The translations under genes and the position numbers were made by a program. This document shows, one piece after another, positions 14,601 to 28,085 of a stretch of 64,000 nucleotides of DNA (positions are counted from its first letter, which is position 1; every line of letters starts with the position of its first letter). Source of the stretch: Laetmonice hystrix (lineage: Eukaryota); assembly GCA_965235115.1 (NCBI GenBank), contig OZ249440.1, positions 34,040,001 to 34,104,000 on the forward strand. Direction: 5' to 3'. Below the pieces are notes generated by a model. That model was not told the DNA's origin and did not search any database. It saw only the letters and a list, made by a program, of their open reading frames with translations.

Positions 14601-17600
14601 GACTGGTATCTCAGTCAGTGACCATACACGGTCAGAGTGTATACCTCCCCCACCCCACCCCCTCACAGACTGGTATCTCAGTCAGTGACCATACACGGTC
14701 AGAGTGTATACCTCCCCCACCCCACCCACTCACAGACTGGTATCTCAGTCAGTGACCATACACGGTCAGAGTGTATATCTCCCCCACCCCGCCCCTTCAC
14801 AGACTGGTATCTCAGTCAGTGACCATACACGGTCAGAGTGTATACCTCCCCCACCCCGCCCACTCACAGACTGGTATCTCAGTCAGTGACCATACACGAT
14901 CAGAGTGTATACCTCCCCCACCCCTCCCCTCACAGACTGGTATCTCAGTCAGTGACCATACACGGTCAGAGTGTATACCTCCCCCACCACGCCCCCTCAC
15001 AGACTGGTATCTCAGTCAGTGACCATACACGGTCAGAGTGTATACCTCCCCCACCACGCCCCCTCACAGACTGGTATCTCAGTCAGTGACCATACACGGT
15101 CAGAGTGTATACCTCCCCCACCACGCCCCCTCACAGACTGGTATCTCAGTGTCAGTGACCATACACGGTCAGAGTGTATCCCTCCCCCACCCCTCCCCTC
15201 ACAGACTGGTATCTCAGTCAGTGACCATACACGGTCAGAGTGTATACCTCCACCACCCCTCCCCTCACAGACTGGTATCTCAGTCAGTGACCATACACGG
15301 TCAGAGTGTATACCTCCCCCACCCCACCCCCTCACAGACTGGTATCTCAGTCAGTGACCATACACGGTCAGAGTGTATACCTCCCCGACCCCACCCACTC
15401 ACAGACTGGTATCTCAGTCAGTGACCATACACGGTCAGAGTGTATATCTCCCCCACCCCGCCCCTTCACAGACTGGTATCTCAGTCAGTGACCATACACG
15501 GTCAGAGTGTATACCTCCCCCACCCTTCCCCTCACAGACTGGTATCTCAGTCAGTGACCATACACGGTCAGAGTGTATACCTCCACCACCCCTCCCCTCA
15601 CAGACTGGTATCTCAGTCAGTGACCATACACGGTCAGAGTGTATACCTCCCCCACCCCACCCCCTCACAGACTGGTATCTCAGTCAGTGACCATACACGG
15701 TCAGAGTGTATACCTCCCCCACCCCACCCACTCACAGACTGGTATCTCAGTCAGTGACCATACACGGTCAGAGTGTATATCTCCCCCACCCCGCCCCTTC
15801 ACAGACTGGTATCTCAGTCAGTGACCATACACGGTCAGAGTGTATACCTCCCCCACCCCACCCACTCACAGACTGGTATCTCAGTCAGTGACCATACACG
15901 GTCAGAGTGTATACCTCCCCCACCCACTCACAGACTGGTATCTCAGTCAGTAACCATACACGATCAGAGTGTATACCTCCCCCACCCCACCCACTCACAG
16001 ACTGGTATCTCAGTCAGTGACCATACACGGTCAAAGTGTATACCTCCCCCACCCCTCCCCTCACAGACTGACCGTGTATGGTCACTGACTGAGATACCAG
16101 TCTGTGAGGGGAGGGTAGGGGGAGGTATACACTGAGTGTATACCTCCCCCACCACGCCCCCTCACAGACTGGTATCTCAGTCAGTGACCATACACGGTCA
16201 GAGTGTATACCTCCCCCACCCCTCCCCTCACAGACTGGTATCTCCGTCAGTGACCATACACGGTCAGAGTGTATACCTCCCCCACCACGCCCCCTCACAG
16301 ACTGGTATCTCAGTCAGTGACCATACACGGTCAGAGTGTATACCTCCCCCACCACGCCCCCTCACAGACTGGTATCTCAGTGTCAGTGACCATACACGGT
16401 CAGAGTGTATACCTCCCCCACCCCTCCCCTCACAGACTGGTATCTCAGTCAGTGACCATACACGGTCAGAGTGTATACCTCCCCCACCCCACCCACTCAC
16501 AGACTGGTATCTCAGTCAGTGACCATACACGGTCAGAGTGTATACCTCCACCACCCCTCCCCTCACAGACTGGTATCTCAGTCAATGACCATACACGGTC
16601 AGAGTGTATACCTCCCCCACCCCTCCCACTCACAGACTGGTATCTCAGTCTCAGTGACCATACACGGTCAGAGTGTATACCTCCCCCACCCCTCCCCTCA
16701 CAGACTGGTATCTCAGTCAGTGACCATACACGGTCAGAGTGTATACCTCCCCCACCCCACCCACTCACAGACTGGTATCTCAGTCAGTGACCATACACGG
16801 TCAGAGTGTATACCTCCCCCACCCCACCCACTCACAGACTGGTATCTCAGTCAGTGACCATACACGGTCAGAGTGTATATCTCCCCCACCCCGCCCCTTC
16901 ACAGACTGGTATATTAGTCAGTGACCATACACGGTCAGAGTGTATACCTCCCCCACCCTTCCCCTCACAGACTGGTATCTCAGTCAGTGACCATACACGG
17001 TCAGAGTGTATACCTCCACCACCCCTCCCCTCACAGACTGGTATCTCAGTCAGTGACCATACACGGTCAGAGTGTATACCTCCCCCACCCCACCCCCTCA
17101 CAGACTGGTATCTCAGTCAGTGACCATACACGGTCAGAGTGTATACCTCCCCCACCCCACCCACTCACAGACTGGTATCTCAGTCAGTGACCATACACGG
17201 TCAGAGTGTATATCTCCCCCACCCCGCCCCTTCACAGACTGGTATCTCAGTCAGTGACCATACACGGTCAGAGTGTATACCTCCCCCACCCCGCCCACTC
17301 ACAGACTGGTATCTCAGTCAATGACCATACACGGTCAGAGTGTATACCTCCCCCACCCCTCCCACTCACAGACTGGTATCTCAGTGTCAGTGACCATACA
17401 CGGTCAGAGTGTATATCTCCCCCACCCCGCCCCTTCACAGACTGGTATCTTAGTCAGTGACCATACACGGTCAGAGTGTATACCTCCCCCACCCTTCCCC
17501 TCACAGACTGGTATCTCAGTCAGTGACCATACACGGTCAGAGTGTATACCTCCACCGCCCCTCCCCTCACAGACTGGTATCTCAGTCAGTGACCATACAC

Positions 17601-20600
17601 GGTCAGAGTGTATACCTCCCCCACCCCACCCCCTCACAGACTGGTATCTCAGTCAGTGACCATACACGGTCAGAGTGTATACCTCCCCCACCCCACCCAC
17701 TCACAGACTGGTATCTCAGTCAGTGACCATACACGGTCAGAGTGTATATCTCCCCCACCCCGCCCCTTCACAGACTGGTATCTCAGTCAGTGACCATACA
17801 CGGTCAGAGTGTATACCTCCCCCACCCTTCCCCTCACAGACTGGTATCTCAGTCAGTGACCATACACGGTCAGAGTGTATACCTCCACCACCCCTCCCCT
17901 CACAGACTGGTATCTCAGTCAGTGACCATACACGGTCAGAGTGTATACCTCCCCCACCCCACCCCCTCACAGACTGGTATCTCAGTCAGTGACCATACAC
18001 GGTCAGAGTGTATACCTCCCCCACCCCACCCACTCACAGACTGGTATCTCAGTCAGTGACCATACACGGTCAGAGTGTATACCTCCCCCACCCACTCACA
18101 GACTGGTATCTCAGTCAGTAACCATACACGATCAGAGTGTATACCTCCCCCACCCCACCCACTCACAGACTGGTATCTCAGTCAGTGACCATACACGGTC
18201 AAAGTGTATACCTCCCCCACCCCTCCCCTCACAGACTGACCGTGTATGGTCACTGACTGAGATACCAGTCTGTGAGGGGAGGGGTGGGGGAGGTATACAC
18301 TGAGTGTATACCTCCCCCACCACGCCCCCTCACAGACTGGTATCTCAGTCAGTGACCATACACGGTCAGAGTGTATACCTCCCCCACCCTTCCCCTCACA
18401 GACTGGTATCTCAGTCAGTGACCATACACGGTCAGAGTGTATACCTCCACCACCCCTCCCCTCACAGACTGGTATCTCAGTCAGTGACCATACACGGTCA
18501 GAGTGTATACCTCCCCCACCCCACCCCCTCACAGACTGGTATCTCAGTCAGTGACCATACACGGTCAGAGTGTATACCTCCCCCACCCCACCCACTCACA
18601 GACTGGTATCTCAGTCAGTGACCATACACGGTCAGAGTGTATATCTCCCCCACCCCGCCCCTTCACAGACTGGTATCTCAGTCAGTGACCATACACGGTC
18701 AGAGTGTATACCTCCCCCACCCCACCCACTCACAGACTGGTATCTCAGTCAGTGACCATACACGGTCAGAGTGTATACCTCCCCCACCCACTCACAGACT
18801 GGTATCTCAGTCAGTAACCATACACGATCAGAGTGTATACCTCCCCCACCCCACCCACTCACAGACTGGTATCTCAGTCAGTGACCATACACGGTCAAAG
18901 TGTATACCTCCCCCACCCCTCCCCTCACAGACTGACCGTGTATGGTCACTGACTGAGATACCAGTCTGTGAGGGGAGGGGTGGGGGAGGTATACACTGAG
19001 TGTATACCTCCCCCACCACGCCCCCTCACAGACTGGTATCTCAGTCAGTGACCATACACGGTCAGAGTGTATACCTCCCCCACCCCTCCCCTCACAGACT
19101 GGTATCTCAGTCAGTGACCATACACGGTCAGAGTGTATACCTCCCCCACCACGCCCCCTCACAGACTGGTATCTCAGTCAGTGACCATACACGGTCAGAG
19201 TGTATACCTCCCCCACCAGGCCCCCTCACAGACTGGTATCTCAGTGTCAGTGACCATACACGGTCAGAGTGTATACCTCCCCCACCCCTCCCCTCACAGA
19301 CTGGTATCTCAGTCAGTGACCATACACGGTCAGAGTGTATACCTCCCCCACCCCGCCCACTCACAGACTGGTATCTCAGTCAATGACCATACACGGTCAG
19401 AGTGTATACCTCCCCCACCCCTCCCACTCACAGACTGGTATCTCAGTCTCAGTGACCATACACGGTCAGAGTGTATACCTCCCCCACCCCTCCCCTCACA
19501 GACTGGTATCTCAGTCAGTGACCATACACGGTCAGAGTGTATACCTCCCCCACCCCACCCACTCACAGACTGGTATCTCAGTCAGTGACCATACACGGTC
19601 AGAGTGTATACCTCCCCCACCCCACCCACTCACAGACTGGTATCTCAGTCAGTGACCATACACGGTCAGAGTGTATATCTCCCCCACCCCGCCCCTTCAC
19701 AGACTGGTATCTTAGTCAGTGACCATACACGGTCAGAGTGTATACCTCCCCCACCCTTCCCCTCACAGACTGGTATCTCAGTCAGTGACCATACACGGTC
19801 AGAGTGTATACCTCCACCACCCCTCCCCTCACAGACTGGTATCTCAGTCAGTGACCATACACGGTCAGAGTGTATACCTCCCCCACCCCACCCCCTCACA
19901 GACTGGTATCTCAGTCAGTGACCATACACGGTCAGAGTGTATACCTCCCCCACCCCACCCACTCACAGACTGGTATCTCAGTCAGTGACCATACACGGTC
20001 AGAGTGTATATCTCCCCCACCCCGCCCCTTCACAGACTGGTATCTCAGTCAGTGACCATACACGGTCAGAGTGTATACCTCCCCCACCCCGCCCACTCAC
20101 AGACTGGTATCTCAGTCAGTGACCATACACGATCAGAGTGTATACCTCCCCCACCCCTCCCCTCACAGACTGGTATCTCAGTCAGTGACCATACACGGTC
20201 AGAGTGTATACCTCCCCCACCACGCCCCCTCACAGACTGGTATCTCAGTCAGTGACCATACACGGTCAGAGTGTATACCTCCCCCACCACGCCCCCTCAC
20301 AGACTGGTATCTCAGTCAGTGACCATACACGGTCAGAGTGTATACCTCCCCCACCACGCCCCCTCACAGACTGGTATCTCAGTGTCAGTGACCATACACG
20401 GTCAGAGTGTATCCCTCCCCCACCCCTCCCCTCACAGACTGGTATCTCAGTCAGTGACCATACACGGTCAGAGTGTATACCTCCACCACCCCTCCCCTCA
20501 CAGACTGGTATCTCAGTCAGTGACCATACACGGTCAGAGTGTATACCTCCCCCACCCCACCCCCTCACAGACTGGTATCTCAGTCAGTGACCATACACGG

Positions 20601-23600
20601 TCAGAGTGTATACCTCCCCGACCCCACCCACTCACAGACTGGTATCTCAGTCAGTGACCATACACGGTCAGAGTGTATATCTCCCCCACCCCGCCCCTTC
20701 ACAGACTGGTATCTCAGTCAGTGACCATACACGGTCAGAGTGTATACCTCCCCCACCCTTCCCCTCACAGACTGGTATCTCAGTCAGTGACCATACACGG
20801 TCAGAGTGTATACCTCCACCACCCCTCCCCTCACAGACTGGTATCTCAGTCAGTGACCATACACGGTCAGAGTGTATACCTCCCCCACCCCACCCCCTCA
20901 CAGACTGGTATCTCAGTCAGTGACCATACACGGTCAGAGTGTATACCTCCCCCACCCCACCCACTCACAGACTGGTATCTCAGTCAGTGACCATACACGG
21001 TCAGAGTGTATATCTCCCCCACCCCGCCCCTTCACAGACTGGTATCTCAGTCAGTGACCATACACGGTCAGAGTGTATACCTCCCCCACCCCACCCACTC
21101 ACAGACTGGTATCTCAGTCAGTGACCATACACGGTCAGAGTGTATACCTCCCCCACCCACTCACAGACTGGTATCTCAGTCAGTAACCATACACGATCAG
21201 AGTGTATACCTCCCCCACCCCACCCACTCACAGACTGGTATCTCAGTCAGTGACCATACACGGTCAAAGTGTATACCTCCCCCACCCCTCCCCTCACAGA
21301 CTGACCGTGTATGGTCACTGACTGAGATACCAGTCTGTGAGGGGAGGGTAGGGGGAGGTATACACTGAGTGTATACCTCCCCCACCACGCCCCCTCACAG
21401 ACTGGTATCTCAGTCAGTGACCATACACGGTCAGAGTGTATACCTCCCCCACCCCTCCCCTCACAGACTGGTATCTCCGTCAGTGACCATACACGGTCAG
21501 AGTGTATACCTCCCCCACCACGCCCCCTCACAGACTGGTATCTCAGTCAGTGACCATACACGGTCAGAGTGTATACCTCCCCCACCACGCCCCCTCACAG
21601 ACTGGTATCTCAGTGTCAGTGACCATACACGGTCAGAGTGTATACCTCCCCCACCCCTCCCCTCACAGACTGGTATCTCAGTCAGTGACCATACACGGTC
21701 AGAGTGTATACCTCCCCCACCCCACCCACTCACAGACTGGTATCTCAGTCAGTGACCATACACGGTCAGAGTGTATACCTCCACCACCCCTCCCCTCACA
21801 GACTGGTATCTCAGTCAATGACCATACACGGTCAGAGTGTATACCTCCCCCACCCCTCCCACTCACAGACTGGTATCTCAGTCTCAGTGACCATACACGG
21901 TCAGAGTGTATACCTCCCCCACCCCTCCCCTCACAGACTGGTATCTCAGTCAGTGACCATACACGGTCAGAGTGTATACCTCCCCCACCCCACCCACTCA
22001 CAGACTGGTATCTCAGTCAGTGACCATACACGGTCAGAGTGTATACCTCCCCCACCCCACCCACTCACAGACTGGTATCTCAGTCAGTGACCATACACGG
22101 TCAGAGTGTATATCTCCCCCACCCCGCCCCTTCACAGACTGGTATATTAGTCAGTGACCATACACGGTCAGAGTGTATACCTCCCCCACCCTTCCCCTCA
22201 CAGACTGGTATCTCAGTCAGTGACCATACACGGTCAGAGTGTATACCTCCACCACCCCTCCCCTCACAGACTGGTATCTCAGTCAGTGACCATACACGGT
22301 CAGAGTGTATACCTCCCCCACCCCACCCCCTCACAGACTGGTATCTCAGTCAGTGACCATACACGGTCAGAGTGTATACCTCCCCCACCCCACCCACTCA
22401 CAGACTGGTATCTCAGTCAGTGACCATACACGGTCAGAGTGTATATCTCCCCCACCCCGCCCCTTCACAGACTGGTATCTCAGTCAGTGACCATACACGG
22501 TCAGAGTGTATACCTCCCCCACCCCGCCCACTCACAGACTGGTATCTCAGTCAATGACCATACACGGTCAGAGTGTATACCTCCCCCACCCCTCCCACTC
22601 ACAGACTGGTATCTCAGTGTCAGTGACCATACACGGTCAGAGTGTATATCTCCCCCACCCCGCCCCTTCACAGACTGGTATCTTAGTCAGTGACCATACA
22701 CGGTCAGAGTGTATACCTCCCCCACCCTTCCCCTCACAGACTGGTATCTCAGTCAGTGACCATACACGGTCAGAGTGTATACCTCCACCGCCCCTCCCCT
22801 CACAGACTGGTATCTCAGTCAGTGACCATACACGGTCAGAGTGTATACCTCCCCCACCCCACCCCCTCACAGACTGGTATCTCAGTCAGTGACCATACAC
22901 GGTCAGAGTGTATACCTCCCCCACCCCACCCACTCACAGACTGGTATCTCAGTCAGTGACCATACACGGTCAGAGTGTATATCTCCCCCACCCCGCCCCT
23001 TCACAGACTGGTATCTCAGTCAGTGACCATACACGGTCAGAGTGTATACCTCCCCCACCCTTCCCCTCACAGACTGGTATCTCAGTCAGTGACCATACAC
23101 GGTCAGAGTGTATACCTCCACCACCCCTCCCCTCACAGACTGGTATCTCAGTCAGTGACCATACACGGTCAGAGTGTATACCTCCCCCACCCCACCCCCT
23201 CACAGACTGGTATCTCAGTCAGTGACCATACACGGTCAGAGTGTATACCTCCCCCACCCCACCCACTCACAGACTGGTATCTCAGTCAGTGACCATACAC
23301 GGTCAGAGTGTATACCTCCCCCACCCACTCACAGACTGGTATCTCAGTCAGTAACCATACACGATCAGAGTGTATACCTCCCCCACCCCACCCACTCACA
23401 GACTGGTATCTCAGTCAGTGACCATACACGGTCAAAGTGTATACCTCCCCCACCCCTCCCCTCACAGACTGACCGTGTATGGTCACTGACTGAGATACCA
23501 GTCTGTGAGGGGAGGGGTGGGGGAGGTATACACTGAGTGTATACCTCCCCCACCACGCCCCCTCACAGACTGGTATCTCAGTCAGTGACCATACACGGTC

Positions 23601-24400
23601 AGAGTGTATACCTCCCCCACCCTTCCCCTCACAGACTGGTATCTCAGTCAGTGACCATACACGGTCAGAGTGTATACCTCCACCACCCCTCCCCTCACAG
23701 ACTGGTATCTCAGTCAGTGACCATACACGGTCAGAGTGTATACCTCCCCCACCCCACCCCCTCACAGACTGGTATCTCAGTCAGTGACCATACACGGTCA
23801 GAGTGTATACCTCCCCCACCCCACCCACTCACAGACTGGTATCTCAGTCAGTGACCATACACGGTCAGAGTGTATATCTCCCCCACCCCGCCCCTTCACA
23901 GACTGGTATCTCAGTCAGTGACCATACACGGTCAGAGTGTATACCTCCCCCACCCCACCCACTCACAGACTGGTATCTCAGTCAGTGACCATACACGGTC
24001 AGAGTGTATACCTCCCCCACCCACTCACAGACTGGTATCTCAGTCAGTAACCATACACGATCAGAGTGTATACCTCCCCCACCCCACCCACTCACAGACT
24101 GGTATCTCAGTCAGTGACCATACACGGTCAAAGTGTATACCTCCCCCACCCCTCCCCTCACAGACTGACCGTGTATGGTCACTGACTGAGATACCAGTCT
24201 GTGAGGGGAGGGGTGGGGGAGGTATACACTGAGTGTATACCTCCCCCACCACGCCCCCTCACAGACTGGTATCTCAGTCAGTGACCATACACGGTCAGAG
24301 TGTATACCTCCCCCACCCCTCCCCTCACAGACTGGTATCTCAGTCAGTGACCATACACGGTCAGAGTGTATACCTCCCCCACCACGCCCCCTCACAGACT
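8660..24400. repeat. Higher-order repeat of 5233 bp (~79 monomers), about 3 copies
   Basis: Rare variants recur at exact 5233 offsets: inverted monomers at 10835/16068/21301, 13003/18236/23469 and 13699/18932/24165; ORF-track twins at 8667/13900/19133. Confidence 0.93.
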
Positions 24401-27400
24401 GGTATCTCAGTCAGTGACCATACACGGTCAGAGTGTATACCTCCCCCACCACGCCCCCTCACAGACTGGTATCTCAGTGTCAGTGACCATACACGGTCAG
24501 AGTGTATACCTCCCCCACCCCTCCCCTCACAGACTGGTATCTCAGTCAGTGACCATACACGGTCAGAGTGTATACCTCCCCCACCCCGCCCACTCACAGA
24601 CTGGTATCTCAGTCAATGACCATACACGGTCAGAGTGTATACCTCCCCCACCCCTCCCACTCACAGACTGGTATCTCAGTCTCAGTGACCATACACGGTC
24701 AGAGTGTATACCTCCCCCACCCCTCCCCTCACAGACTGGTATCTCAGTCAGTGACCATACACGGTCAGAGTGTATACCTCCCCCACCCCACCCACTCACA
24801 GACTGGTATCTCAGTCAGTGACCATACACGGTCAGAGTGTATACCTCCCCCACCCCACCCACTCACAGACTGGTATCTCAGTCAGTGACCATACACGGTC
24901 AGAGTGTATATCTCCCCCATCCCGCCCCTTCACAGACTGGTATCTTAGTCAGTGACCATACACGGTCAGAGTGTATACCTCCCCCACCCTTCCCCTCACA
25001 GACTGGTATCTCAGTCAGTGACCATACACGGTCAGAGTGTATACCTCCACCACCCCTCCCCTCACAGACTGGTATCTCAGTCAGTGACCATACACGGTCA
25101 GAGTGTATACCTCCCCCACCCCACCCCCTCACAGACTGGTATCTCAGTCAGTGACCATACACGGTCAGAGTGTATACCTCCCCCACCCCACCCACTCACA
25201 GACTGGTATCTCAGTCAGTGACCATACACGGTCAGAGTGTATATCTCCCCCACCCCGCCCCTTCACAGACTGGTATCTCAGTCAGTGACCATACACGGTC
25301 AGAGTGTATACCTCCCCCACCCCACCCACTCACAGACTGGTATCTCAGTCAGTGACCATACACGGTCAGAGTGTATACCTCCCCCACCCACTCACAGATT
25401 GGTATCTCAGTCAGTAACCATACACGATCAGAGTGTATACCTCCCCCACCCCACCCACTCACAGACTGGTATCTCAGTGTCAGTGACCATACGCGGTCAG
25501 AGTGTATACCTCCCCAACCCCTCCCCTCACAGACTGGTATCTCAGTCAGTGACCATACACGGTCAGAGTGTATACCTCCACCACCCCACCCCCTCACAGA
25601 CTGGTATCTCAGTCAGTGACCATACACGGTCAGAGTGTATACCTCCACCACCCCACCCCCTCACAGACTGGTATCTCAGTCAGTGACCATACACGGTCAG
25701 AGTGTATACCTCCCCCACCCCTCCCCCGCACAGACTGGTATCTCAGTCAGTGACCATACACGGTCAGAGTGCATACCTCCACCACCCCTCCCCTGACAGA
25801 CTGGTATCTCAGTCAGTGACCATACACGGTGAGAGTGTATACCCCCCCCCCACCCCACCCACTCACAGACTGGTATCTCAGTCAATGACCATACACGGTC
25901 AGAGTGTATACCTCCCCCACCCCACCCACTCACAGACTGGTATCTCAGTGTCAGTGACCATACACGGTCAGAGTGTATACCTCCCCCACCCCTCCCCTCA
26001 CAGACTGGTATCTCAGTCAGTGACCATACACGGTCAGAGTGTATACCTCCCCCACCCCTCCCCTCACAGACTGGTATCTCAGTCAGTGACCATACACGGT
26101 GAGAGTGTATACCTCCCCCACCCCTCCCCTCACAGACTGGTATCTCAGTCAGTGACCATACACGGTCAGAGTGTATACCTCCACCACCCCTCCCCTCACA
26201 GACTGGTATCTCAGTCAGTGACCATACACGGTCAGAGTGTATACCTCCCCCACCCCACCCACTCACAGACTGGTATCTCAGTCAGTGACCATACACGGTC
26301 AGAGTGTATACCTCCCCCACCCCTCCCCTCACAGACTGGTATCTCAGTCAGTGACCATACACGGTCAGAGTGTATACCTCCACCACCCCACCCCCTCACA
26401 GACTGGTATCTCAGTCAGTGACCATACACGGTCAGAGTGTATACCTCCACCACCCCACCCCCTCACAGACTGGTATCTCAGTCAGTGACCATACACGGTC
26501 AGAGTGTATACCTCCCCCACCCCTCCCCCGCACAGACTGGTATCTCAGTCAGTGACCATACACGGTCAGAGTGCATACCTCCACCACCCCTCCCCTCACA
26601 GACTGGTATCTCAGTCAGTGACCATACACGGTGAGAGTGTATACCCCCCCCCCCCACTCACAGACTGGTATCTCAGTCAATGACCATACACGGTCAGAGT
26701 GTATACCTCCCCCACCCCACCCACTCACAGACTGGTATCTCAGTCAGTGACCATACACGGTCAGAGTGTATACCTCCCCCACACCGCCCACTCATAGAGT
26801 GGTATCTCAGTCAGTGACCATACACGGTCAGAGTGTATATCTCCCCCACCCCGCCCCTCACAGACTGGTATCTCAGTCAGTGACCATACACGGTCAGAGT
26901 GTATACCTCCCCCACCCCCTCACAGACTGGTATCTCAGTCAGTGACCATACACGGTCAGAGTGTATACCTCCCCCACCCCTCCCCCTCACAGACTGGTAT
27001 CTCAGTCAATGACCATACACGGTCAGAGTGTATTCCTCCCCCACCCCTCCCCTCACAGACTGGTATCTCAGTCAGTGACCATACACGGTCAGAGTGTATA
27101 CCTCCCCCACCACGCCCCCTCACAGACTGGTATCTCAGTCAGTGACCATACACGGTCAGAGTGTATACCTCCCTCACCACGCCCCCTCACAGACTGGTAT
27201 CTCAGTTGAAAGCATCGTTGATATTAGGCCCAAATCAGATAATAATATGATACACATTGTCAGTGATCACATGTGTTTTCTATAGCAACACGTCGAATAT
27301 TCTCGGGCAAGAAAAAGTTGCCCAGCGAATATGCATTGAATATGCAATAGAGTCTCCTGGGACTCTCCTCTGAGGCGTCGATATGGCATGTATATATTTA

Positions 27401-28085
27401 GCCTTCACCAGAAATTACCATTAACGTCAAAAGGATATTAGTGATTCCCATAAAACTAATGAAGGAAATAATGACAGATTGATTTTAAGGGCGATCGAGA
27501 AAGGTGCAAAACTTCAAATGTGTTTCTCTTAGTTCTGTTAAAGGCGCATCTACAGTGGGTCCCCACCCAAATCTGGGTGAGGTCGTGATCCAGGGTGACA
27601 TAAGAAGGAGGGAGGAGCTAGTGGGCTTGGAGCCTCCACTCTGCACTAGATTTTGCCCTACCATCACCCCCTTCAGCTGAGTGATTGACAGCTCACTCTA
27701 GAATTTCAAACCTAACGTATTTTACAAGTTGGATATATTCATCTAAAACACGTGTTTTGAGACACCTTAAAATTAAAGTAAGTTATTTATTACATGACTC
27801 ATGTATTCATAGATATATTTGATAAATTTCATCTTTAGATTAGAGATGAGACAAAGATATTAGCAATTATAACAGAGCTATGCACAGCAGTAAGGATAGC
27901 AGGGGTGTGAACATGTGCCCTCCCCTGACCCGCTTTTATACTCTGGCTGCCTGATATTTGAGAGTTCACAGGAAATCTAATGATATGTTAGATATGGATG
28001 TTTCCATTTCCTGACACATTTGACACATAAAGTGATGCTGCCGTTTAGGAACAAAATCTTGTTCCTACTTGTTTGTTTACATGTT

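Larger units (their letters stand above)
1..27206. repeat. Tandem satellite array, ~66-67 bp monomer, ~410 copies, running off the left edge of the window
   Basis: Consensus CACAGACTGGTATCTCAGTCAGTGACCATACACGGTCAGAGTGTATACCTCCCCCACCCC(A/T/G)CCC(A/C)CT repeats head-to-tail without interruption and ends abruptly at GGTATCTCAGT|TGAAAGC (27206). Confidence 0.99.

Noticed and set aside
1..27206. CRISPR-like pattern (palindromic constant part + variable part)
   Set aside because: The variable parts are point or slippage variants of one C-rich tract, not unique spacers; no cas genes; eukaryotic context.
1..27206. Hammerhead-ribozyme satellite
   Set aside because: The minus strand has CTGACTGA rather than CTGANGA and there is no GAAA box; no known ribozyme core was recognised.
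1..27206. Telomeric repeat
   Set aside because: G/C skew is present but there is no short TTAGG(G)-type unit; a subtelomeric location cannot be judged from this window.
1..27285. Hundreds of Pro/His/Ser- or Gly-rich ORFs
   Set aside because: Translations of a 66/67-bp repeat; frames shift constantly and no length-mod-3 constraint is seen.
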